Virus record (IMG/VR): IMGVR_UViG_3300043447_000100
Location: 119,667-183,666 of that record
Direction: 5' to 3' (one strand)
Length of the DNA stretch: 64,000 nucleotides
Source of the DNA: a virus
Lineage: Duplodnaviria; Caudoviricetes
The notes below the pieces were generated by a model. That model had not been told where the DNA came from. It ran no database searches and worked only from the letters and a program-made list of their open reading frames with translations. How positions within the stretch are numbered: position 1 is the stretch's first letter; every line of letters begins with the position of its first letter. The position numbers were made by a program, and so were the translations under genes. This document shows positions 40,524 through 46,691 of this stretch, piece after piece.

Positions 40524-41035
40524 CTTTATCAAGTTCCGACGCCAGACACACCTTCCAAGCTACTAAGTATCTTGAGCGTAAGGCTGAGGAGGGCAAAACT
40601 CCAGATAACGATGAGGACGTGCTGGCCATGGTAGACTTTTATAAGTCAGCAAAGCAACAAAAGTTCGAGCGTGAGCAAGATCCAGAGTGGCAAAAGAACA
40701 ACATGGAATACGATTTACGGACCACTCAGTGGATCCTAGACAAAGTTCGTTCTAGCGAAGTCTATGCTCAGAACTTATATGCCGCTATGTGTAACAATGA
40801 GTTCATGAAGCTGGAGACTATTCCTATCTTGATGGAACAAACTTGGAGTTGTAGCTGGCGTTATGCCGGAGGCATCATTGCTGATATGCGACAAGAAGGC
40901 GACTACATTGACTGGTACTGTAGCGGTATTAGAAACGAGAACGATAGTAGTGGCTTCGTTGGAGAGTGCGTGGTCACTGATGAAATTAGAGAAGACCTGC
41001 TGAAACTAGGCTGGAAAACAATAGAGGAACAATAG
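40520..41035 (+). CDS. Hypothetical phage protein
   Basis: YAQNLYAAMCNN, WSCSWR..GG, DYIDWYCSG. Confidence 0.7.
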   Translation: MTLSSSDARHTFQATKYLERKAEEGKTPDNDEDVLAMVDFYKSAKQQKFEREQDPEWQKNNMEYDLRTTQWILDKVRSSEVYAQNLYAAMCNNEFMKLETIPILMEQTWSCSWRYAGGIIADMRQEGDYIDWYCSGIRNENDSSGFVGECVVTDEIREDLLKLGWKTIEEQ

Positions 41036-41036
41036 T

Positions 41037-41675
41037 ATGGATTTTGAGGCGCTTAGAGCAAGTAGATTCTATCAAATAGGTAGATGGGTCAACGATGAGG
41101 AGACTGGCGAATCTTCGATGGTCGAACAATCAGTATTTGACACGGTGCCGTTTAGTCATAGTGAAATTTCTAACTTGAAACAGCGAGATTTTTCTAATAA
41201 TGGACCAACGGTTGCGCCAAGTCTGCATAAGTTGCTTGACCCAGTCATTATGCCAGTTGAGATGCGAGATTTGATAGTTGACCAGTGGACTGAAGTTAGT
41301 TCAATAATTGATACGGTTGGCAAAAAGTCATTCAACAGCCTTTTGATCATTCAGCCTCCTGGAGCCTTCAATCCCAAGCATAAGCATCGTTCAGTAACAA
41401 AGCGAACAATAACATTTTGTTACAAGTATGATGAGGACAGAATCATTGACGAAATGAAAAGCAAGCTAAGAATCGAACTAGAAGAGGGCAAGGAAACAGT
41501 CATAATGTATCCAGATGTTCCTAAAACTCTGATGCTATTCACTGATAACTACCCACACAAGAGTATTTCATACGAGTGGCGATTTTACTGGGTCTACGAT
41601 TTTGATGAGCATGTGGACATTCCAAAAGACGTTTTTGCTACAATGAGCGACTGGAATGTGCTAGAATGTTGCTAA
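41037..41675 (+). CDS. Cupin-like protein (paralogue of 50154-50855)
   Basis: HKH...H metal-ligand pattern; shared motifs with 50154 ORF. Confidence 0.55.
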   Translation: MDFEALRASRFYQIGRWVNDEETGESSMVEQSVFDTVPFSHSEISNLKQRDFSNNGPTVAPSLHKLLDPVIMPVEMRDLIVDQWTEVSSIIDTVGKKSFNSLLIIQPPGAFNPKHKHRSVTKRTITFCYKYDEDRIIDEMKSKLRIELEEGKETVIMYPDVPKTLMLFTDNYPHKSISYEWRFYWVYDFDEHVDIPKDVFATMSDWNVLECC

Positions 41676-41705
41676 TGTAGGAAAAATAGCTATTTCAACC
41701 ACGAT

Positions 41706-41911
41706 TTGACAAAAAATACTAAATAACTTACAATAGCAAACATCAAAGACAAAAGTTTGGAACAGTGTTGTAAAAATACAACAAAAAAGTTCTTGACAGG
41801 AACTCAAACTCCTGTTACACTAGAGTCTTAGATTAGTTGAAGAGAGCTTAACAACTTTTGGATAACAAAAGAAAAATAGTTCTTGACAATAAATGCTAAA
41901 TAGATTACAAT
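41706..41911 (+). promoter_or_regulatory. Three tandem sigma70 promoters driving leader and tRNA operon
   Basis: TTGACA-17-TACAAT (41706-41734), TTGACA-17-TACACT (41793-41821), TTGACA-17-TACAAT (41883-41911); palindrome at 41766-41783. Confidence 0.85.
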
Positions 41912-41967
41912 ACAACCTAGACGCTGATAATTCGGTCAGCGCCTAGTAAACTTTTAAAGAGAAAACA

Positions 41968-42147
41968 ATGAACAAACTGTCATTACACTGCCAATTTAGA
42001 ACATTGCCCCAAGCGCAGGGAACGACTTCGCTCGTATCCGGCTATTGGTCAAATGCGTCTAAATCAGCCATGGGTGCCAGCATTGCGTTTATTGGTAATG
42101 ATCGCCCAGAGCACACCACAGGGTTCTTAGAGGGAGTAACTACATAA
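41968..42147 (+). CDS. Putative attenuator leader peptide (59 aa, all 20 amino acids)
   Basis: MNKLSLHCQFRTLPQAQGTTSLVSGYWSNASKSAMGASIAFIGNDRPEHTTGFLEGVTT; 3' end overlaps antiterminator arm. Confidence 0.65.
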   Translation: MNKLSLHCQFRTLPQAQGTTSLVSGYWSNASKSAMGASIAFIGNDRPEHTTGFLEGVTT

Positions 42148-42212
42148 GTAGAATCCCTTAATCTAACAAGATACTAAGAACCCTGAGACCAAAATCTCAG
42201 GGTTTTGTTTTT
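42119..42212 (+). terminator. Mutually exclusive antiterminator/terminator
   Basis: Terminator AACCCTGAGA(42179-88)/TCTCAGGGTT(42195-204) plus T-tract; CAGGGTTCTTAG(42119-30) pairs perfectly with CTAAGAACCCTG(42174-85). Confidence 0.8.
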
Positions 42213-42249
42213 GGGCGATACGATTTTATAAAAAGTGTGAAATGAAAAA

Positions 42250-42449
42250 GGGAAACGAGGTCCCGCTCCGCACTTAAAACATGGAGCAAACGGGCGGACA
42301 GTAGGATGAAATCTGTGGCGATAACGCGGAGAGTAAAATCACTGGCTAGAGCACTGACTCTAGCATATCCTCTATTAAGTTAGAGGGTATTCTTAAACAC
42401 ATTAAGCTGACATGGGCTGAAATGCCGCAGATAGTGTGTTTGATAATAC
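42250..42449 (+). ncRNA. Structured non-coding leader of tRNA operon
   Basis: Stems GCTCC/GGAGC, GCTAGAG/CTCTAGC, CCTCTA/TAGAGG, AAACACATT/AGTGTGTTT; no ORF. Confidence 0.5.
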
Positions 42450-42450
42450 T

Positions 42451-42536
42451 GGAGTGAATGGAACAATGGTGTTCTAGCGGGCTGTAACCCCGTGGTGCTA
42501 CGGCACAGGTAGGTTCGATCCCTACTCACTCCACCA
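42451..42536 (+). tRNA. tRNA-Tyr(GTA)
   Basis: Cloverleaf, long variable arm, CCA. Confidence 0.85.
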
Positions 42537-42542
42537 CAATTT

Positions 42543-42617
42543 GGGGACAGTAGCGGGCTACGGTTCTCCCTTGCAAGGAGGATGTCTAGAAGGGTTCAAC
42601 TCCCTCGGTCTCCACCA
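42543..42617 (+). tRNA. tRNA-Ala(TGC), atypical short D-arm
   Basis: Loop CTTGCAA, G3:U70, CCA. Confidence 0.7.
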
Positions 42618-42623
42618 AGTTTA

Positions 42624-42685
42624 AGGATAGTAACAGCAACTTTATACACTAGACTTTTAATCTAACCTGTAAAAATTCTATCCTG
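42624..42685 (+). ncRNA. CAGCAA clamp RNA 1 (Lys-UUU anticodon hairpin)
   Basis: AGGATAG/CTATCCTG terminal stem, CAGCAA, TAGA-CTTTTAA-TCTA. Confidence 0.65.
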
Positions 42686-42694
42686 TTTTATAAT

Positions 42695-42771
42695 GGCTCA
42701 GTAGTTCAGTCTGGCAGAACGTCGGTCTCCAAAACCGAATGTCGGAGGTTCAAATCCTTCCTGGGTCGCCA
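42695..42771 (+). tRNA. tRNA-Trp(CCA) with U11-A24
   Basis: TCGGT-CTCCAAA-ACCGA; D-stem GTTC/GAAC; CCA. Confidence 0.92.
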
Positions 42772-42778
42772 TCTTTGT

Positions 42779-42856
42779 TGGGGTATAGCTTAGTCTGGTC
42801 TAAAGCAACGGTCTTTGAAATCGTGATCACTGGTTCGAATCCAGTTACCTCTGCCA
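42779..42856 (+). tRNA. tRNA-Gln(TTG)
   Basis: Loop CTTTGAA; CCA. Confidence 0.88.
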
Positions 42857-42865
42857 ACAATTTAT

Positions 42866-42939
42866 TCCCGCGTAGCTCAATGGCAGAGCAAAGTGCTGAT
42901 AACGCTGAGACACAAGTTCGATTCTTGTCGTGGGAACCA
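42866..42939 (+). tRNA. tRNA-Ile(GAT)
   Basis: Loop CTGATAA; CCA. Confidence 0.88.
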
Positions 42940-42944
42940 CACAT

Positions 42945-43021
42945 GCACCTATCGTCTAATTGGTTAGGACGCTAGACTTTCAATCTGGAAACGTGGGGTT
43001 CGAATCCCCCTAGGTGCACCA
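42945..43021 (+). tRNA. tRNA-Glu(TTC)
   Basis: Loop CTTTCAA; CCA. Confidence 0.88.
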
Positions 43022-43027
43022 AACAAT

Positions 43028-43103
43028 GCCACGGTAGTCCTCAGGGTAGGGCATCTGATTGTCTATCAGACTTAGGCGGGTTCGAGTCCCGTCCGTGGCG
43101 CCA
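43028..43103 (+). tRNA. tRNA-Asp(GTC)
   Basis: TCTGA-TTGTCTA-TCAGA; GCCA. Confidence 0.88.
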
Positions 43104-43259
43104 AATGTAAGATAGTTGTGTTCGCGTCCTGCAGGTAAGGGCACAACCGTATCATCACGGACGGGCGTAGTAACCGTGTAATCAAATGCGACTCAGAAAT
43201 TTTATTCCGCAGAATCCGAGCCGCGTTAAATACTTGACTTAAAGTCAAGAAAGAGAATT

Positions 43260-43664
43260 ATGTTTTCAAATAGTTTAAAGCAGGGAAATGCGGGATTGGG
43301 TCAGGCTATAGCCTATTTTACAAAGAATGGTTATGGTGTGGCATTGCCACTCACTGATAGTGAAGATTGGGACTTGATAGCGTCTAAAGACGGGATGCTA
43401 CAAAAAGTTCAAGTTAAGTCAAGTGGTCAACAGCCAGATGGGGTAGCCGCTTTTGAGATTTCAGTAAAGGGTGGTAACAATGGAAAAAATCTAACTTGTA
43501 AATATGTAGATGAACAAGATTGGGATTTATTGTTTCTATATCACATCAAGACTGAACTAACGGCATTGATACCAAAAGATAAAATCGTGTCAAAGAATTT
43601 TATTTCTTTTGGTAAACAATCAAAATACAAAGAATTTATAATTTATTCCGGTGAAGCAAACTAG
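43260..43664 (+). CDS. PD-(D/E)XK homing endonuclease inside tRNA operon
   Basis: QG..G...AIAYF, WDLI, KVQVK; AT-rich; stop codon inside downstream tRNA-Asn. Confidence 0.8.
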   Translation: MFSNSLKQGNAGLGQAIAYFTKNGYGVALPLTDSEDWDLIASKDGMLQKVQVKSSGQQPDGVAAFEISVKGGNNGKNLTCKYVDEQDWDLLFLYHIKTELTALIPKDKIVSKNFISFGKQSKYKEFIIYSGEAN

Positions 43665-43722
43665 GTGTGGGCGGAGGACTGTTAATCCTTGAAGTCAGGT
43701 TCGAATCCTGAGACCGGAGCCA
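43647..43722 (+). tRNA. tRNA-Asn(GTT), atypical D-arm
   Basis: Loop CTGTTAA; T-arm; GCCA. Confidence 0.75.
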
Positions 43723-43729
43723 AATATTT

Positions 43730-43817
43730 GCCCAGGTGGTGTAATGGTAGCCACGCCATCTTGAGGTGGTGGTACGAATAAAGTAGTGTGCGAGTTCGAG
43801 TCTCGCCCTGGGCACCA
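43730..43817 (+). tRNA. tRNA-Leu(GAG)
   Basis: Loop TTGAGGT, long variable arm, ACCA. Confidence 0.88.
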
Positions 43818-43827
43818 AAAGTTTTAT

Positions 43828-43903
43828 GGAGTTATTAGTGTAGTGGTCTGCACCGCGGGTTGTGATTCCGCTAGTATGAGTTCGATCCTCATATAACTCC
43901 CCA
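43828..43903 (+). tRNA. tRNA-His(GTG)
   Basis: G-1:C73, loop TTGTGAT. Confidence 0.88.
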
Positions 43904-43910
43904 ATTTATT

Positions 43911-43986
43911 GCCGCAGTAGCTCCAATGGTAGAGCAGAGGATTGAAAATCCTTGTGTTACTGGTTCGAGTCCAGTCTGTGGCACCA
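43911..43986 (+). tRNA. tRNA-Phe(GAA)
   Basis: Loop TTGAAAA; ACCA. Confidence 0.9.
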
Positions 43987-43992
43987 AATATC

Positions 43993-44067
43993 GCTCATAT
44001 AGTATAACGGCTATTACACTCGCTTGGTATGCGAGTGATCGCAGTTCGATTCTGCGTTTGAGCACCA
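43993..44067 (+). tRNA. tRNA-Thr(GGT)
   Basis: CTCGC-TTGGTAT-GCGAG; ACCA. Confidence 0.82.
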
Positions 44068-44072
44068 ATTAT

Positions 44073-44150
44073 GCCTCCGTAACTCAGTGGACTTAGAGTA
44101 CTTCGCTACGAACGAAGGAGTCGGGCGTTCGAATCGCTCCGGAGGCTCCA
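44073..44150 (+). tRNA. tRNA-Arg(ACG)
   Basis: CTTCG-CTACGAA-CGAAG; CCA. Confidence 0.88.
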
Positions 44151-44156
44151 CACAAC

Positions 44157-44231
44157 GGTGATATGACGTAGATGGATGCGTAGCGGTTTCATAAGCCGAC
44201 GAGAGTGGCTCGGTACCACTTATCACCACCA
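44157..44231 (+). tRNA. tRNA-CAT (Met or Ile2), atypical T-loop
   Basis: Loop TTCATAA; GGTGATA/TATCACC acceptor; T-loop CTCGGTA. Confidence 0.7.
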
Positions 44232-44237
44232 AATCAT

Positions 44238-44331
44238 GGAGAGTAATGCAGCGGGGATGGTCCTGCGACGGGCCTTGAAAACCCGGTTCTGCTTAGCGGC
44301 GGATGGGGTTCGACTCCTCTGCTCTCCGCCA
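44238..44331 (+). tRNA. tRNA-Ser(TGA)
   Basis: Loop CTTGAAA, long variable arm, GCCA. Confidence 0.82.
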
Positions 44332-44336
44332 AGTTT

Positions 44337-44452
44337 AGGATCAGTTCAGCAAATCTTAATACAAGCAGTATGTCGTGGGTTCGACCCCCACCTTCGTTCT
44401 CATGGACGATGTAGCTCAGTTGGTAGAGCGACCGCCTAAAAAGATGATCCTG
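44337..44452 (+). ncRNA. CAGCAA clamp RNA 2 (permuted tRNA module, YrlA-like order)
   Basis: AGGATCA/TGATCCTG; T-arm GTGGG-TTCGACC-CCCAC, loop-closed acceptor, then D-arm GCTC-AGTTGGTA-GAGC. Confidence 0.75.
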
Positions 44453-44466
44453 TTAGTTTGACCATT

Positions 44467-44583
44467 AGGTTCTTTTCAGCAACTTTAAATAATCTTTCTG
44501 GAAAAAAGAGGGTCCAGGTTCGAATCCTGGCAGTAGGTTGGTCACTACTGTGGTGTAATGGTAGCACGTAAAAAGAGAACCTG
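44467..44583 (+). ncRNA. CAGCAA clamp RNA 3 (fully permuted tRNA, GGA anticodon)
   Basis: AGGTTCT/AGAACCTG; TCTTT-CTGGAAA-AAAGA, T-arm CCAGG-TTCGAAT-CCTGG, CAGTAG/CTACTG acceptor, D-arm. Confidence 0.75.
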
Positions 44584-44588
44584 TTAAT

Positions 44589-44666
44589 GCCTCTATGGAC
44601 AAATTGGTAAAGTCGGCTCTCTCAAAAGGAGCAGTTCTCTCTGTTCGAATCAGAGTAGAGGCACCA
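44589..44666 (+). tRNA. tRNA-Leu(CAA) with short variable loop
   Basis: GCTCT-CTCAAAA-GGAGC; ACCA. Confidence 0.82.
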
Positions 44667-44785
44667 TATTGAAATACATTCATCATTGATCGTCGGCCTT
44701 GAGAGGTTGGTAGCCTGGACCGCACGATGAAGCAGCCTAACCAGCGCGGTGAAAAGACCCCTTACGTCGAGAGTGTGTTTCAATA
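44667..44785 (+). ncRNA. Unknown structured RNA between tRNAs
   Basis: 15-bp closing helix TATTGAAATACATTC/GAGTGTGTTTCAATA around a GC-rich core. Confidence 0.55.
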
Positions 44786-44786
44786 T

Positions 44787-44861
44787 GGTCGGTTATTTCA
44801 GCGGTAGAATATCGTATTGACATTGCGAAGGTCACTGGTTCGATCCCAGTACCGACCACCA
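44787..44861 (+). tRNA. tRNA-Val(GAC)
   Basis: Loop TTGACAT; ACCA. Confidence 0.88.
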
Positions 44862-44866
44862 AGTTT

Positions 44867-44968
44867 AGGATGAATACAGCAAACACTTTTCTGCAACCAA
44901 ACTTTCTGCAGGCTGGCCCGCTGGGGGCGTGTCGTGGGTTCGAGTCCCGGCTTAGACACATCATCCTG
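44867..44968 (+). ncRNA. CAGCAA clamp RNA 4 (T-loop module)
   Basis: AGGATGA/TCATCCTG; CAGCAA; GGG-TTCGAGT-CCC. Confidence 0.65.
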
Positions 44969-44976
44969 TTTTATAT

Positions 44977-45050
44977 GCGTGTGTAGTTTAATGGTAAAAT
45001 CAAACGTTGCCAACGTTTAGTCGAGAGTTCGATTCTCTCCACCCGCACCA
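44977..45050 (+). tRNA. tRNA-Gly(GCC)
   Basis: AAACG-TTGCCAA-CGTTT; CCA. Confidence 0.85.
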
Positions 45051-45058
45051 ATTTTTAT

Positions 45059-45132
45059 CTGGGTATATGATAGTGGCAGTCGCCGGGCCTTGGATGCCTG
45101 TAGTGGGAGTTCGATTCTTCCTACCCAGACCA
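45059..45132 (+). tRNA. tRNA-Pro(TGG)
   Basis: Loop CTTGGAT; C1:G72, ACCA. Confidence 0.85.
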
Positions 45133-45141
45133 CAATTTAAT

Positions 45142-45262
45142 CCCGCTGTCGTCTAATGGTTAGGACACTTATAAAAGGGTGACTCTGTTAAGAGTACGTT
45201 CAGCAATTTTCTTATTCCATGTTAAGGAAGGAATCTGGGTTCGAATCCCAGCAGTGGGGCCA
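45142..45262 (+). ncRNA. tRNA-Asn(GTT)-like gene interrupted by a CAGCAA element
   Basis: CCCGCTG/CAGTGGG-GCCA acceptor, D-arm, ~46-nt insert containing ACTCTG..AGAGT..CAGCAA, CC-ATGTTAA-GG, T-arm. Confidence 0.7.
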
Positions 45263-45269
45263 ATATTAT

Positions 45270-45347
45270 GTACTGATACCAGAGCGGTCTAATGGCTCGG
45301 ATTGCAAATCCGTTGTTTCGTCGGTTCGAATCCGACTCAGTACTCCA
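45270..45347 (+). tRNA. tRNA-Cys(GCA)
   Basis: Loop TTGCAAA; TCCA. Confidence 0.88.
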
Positions 45348-45353
45348 AATAAT

Positions 45354-45443
45354 GGATAGTTGCCCGAGTGGTTAAGGGAGCGGTTTGCTAAACCGTCGTT
45401 GGCGAAAGCTGGCGCATAGGTTCGAATCCTATACTATCCGCCA
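45354..45443 (+). tRNA. tRNA-Ser(GCT)
   Basis: Loop TTGCTAA, long variable arm, GCCA. Confidence 0.92.
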
Positions 45444-45920
45444 ATCAGTATCTAGTGGTATCTTTAGAATAAGCATTAAGATACTATCATCAGTAGGCTG
45501 ATAATCATGAGGTACTAAGCCATTGAATATAATTGGTCTATCTACAATAACAGTTTCTAACAGAGTTGACTTGATATCATTTAGTTCGCTCAATCTCATC
45601 CTTCTTGATGGATGTAGAGTTTCTCTAGTTCCTGAGTAACTGTAAAAGTTCATAGTCAATGAACCTTCTAGAGGAATGATAACAAGTCCGTTGTTGCCAG
45701 GACTAATATACGGCTTCACATAAGTTGATAGCCTACCTAGTTCGACATTGTGACGAGCGTGAGCAATATTAGGAAACTGTTCGAACACACTATCAACGCA
45801 ATCTTTGCCTATCAGATCATCCGTGACTTGATACAGAGATTTGATTCTAGACTTATTAGCGACACTAAATAACTCAATCAATGATTCCCTGTCATAGTGA
45901 CAGTCAACAAATTTATACAT
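45429..45920 (-). CDS. Hypothetical cupin-like protein
   Basis: IIPLEG...FNGLVPH; late motif upstream; stop lies within tRNA-Ser on opposite strand. Confidence 0.55.
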   Translation of the reverse strand: MYKFVDCHYDRESLIELFSVANKSRIKSLYQVTDDLIGKDCVDSVFEQFPNIAHARHNVELGRLSTYVKPYISPGNNGLVIIPLEGSLTMNFYSYSGTRETLHPSRRMRLSELNDIKSTLLETVIVDRPIIFNGLVPHDYQPTDDSILMLILKIPLDTDWRIV

Positions 45921-45938
45921 AGCGATATTTAGTAACTA

Positions 45939-46691
45939 ATGAAAACAGTAGGATTTTACGGCAATAGTGATTGTGCTTATAGAGGCCCAAACAGTTATAT
46001 TGACTTGTTTGCTGAAAAACACGGTCTTGAGATTGTAAACACTGGCGTTAGACAAGGAAGCGAAGAACGTATCCTATATGAACTTAAAAAGACAAAGCCT
46101 GATTTGGCAATTATATTTCATTGTGAGGCACAGTTTCTATTTTTGCCAGGTTGCGATAGAGATATCGGAATAAACAATGTCGCTGAACACAGAGGCGAAT
46201 ACTTGTTTAAGGATTGGTCTCAGGAACATACTAAATTGCATAACGAAAAATTTATCAAAAGATTTGAAACTCCTGAAAACTTTTCTAAGGCAACACAAAC
46301 TTATAGAAAATATTTCTACACGCCTGATTTACAAATGAATAGATTTTATGGCGCTCTAGTTCAGATTGATGGGTATTGCGTAACTAAGAACATACCAGTA
46401 ATTCATGTATGGCATAAATCTATACCTAGTTGGTTCAAGTTCACCAGTGGTATGGTAAATATGGATATACTAGATATATTCAAACAGTACAAAGTGCCAT
46501 CAAACATATTCAACGTAAACGGCATTACTGACGAAGGTAACGTAAAAGTTTGCGAACGATTAACGGAGTTGGTGGAGTCTATGACCCCCTCTCCAGGAAG
46601 GTTGGCAGAGAGGCTTAATGCGTCAATTTCGAAAATTGATAATCCTGATAAAGGGTTCGTGGGTTCAAATCCCACACCTTCCGCCATATGA
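45939..46691 (+). CDS. SGNH-like hypothetical protein
   Basis: GFYGNSDC, NTGVRQGS; last 30 codons run through tRNA-Ser(CGA). Confidence 0.55.
   Translation: MKTVGFYGNSDCAYRGPNSYIDLFAEKHGLEIVNTGVRQGSEERILYELKKTKPDLAIIFHCEAQFLFLPGCDRDIGINNVAEHRGEYLFKDWSQEHTKLHNEKFIKRFETPENFSKATQTYRKYFYTPDLQMNRFYGALVQIDGYCVTKNIPVIHVWHKSIPSWFKFTSGMVNMDILDIFKQYKVPSNIFNVNGITDEGNVKVCERLTELVESMTPSPGRLAERLNASISKIDNPDKGFVGSNPTPSAI
46596..46686 (+). tRNA. tRNA-Ser(CGA)
   Basis: TCAAT-TTCGAAA-ATTGA, long variable arm, GCCA. Confidence 0.88.

Noticed and set aside
44238-44331. Selenocysteine or opal suppressor tRNA
   Set aside because: Anticodon TGA reads UCA (Ser); a UGA reader would need TCA.
44700-44760. Hammerhead ribozyme in the spacer RNA
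   Set aside because: GATGA and GAAA are present but the CUGANGA core and three-stem junction could not be built by eye.
42739-45013. Short ORFs over the tRNA operon (also 63002-63367)
   Set aside because: They are translations of tRNA sequences.
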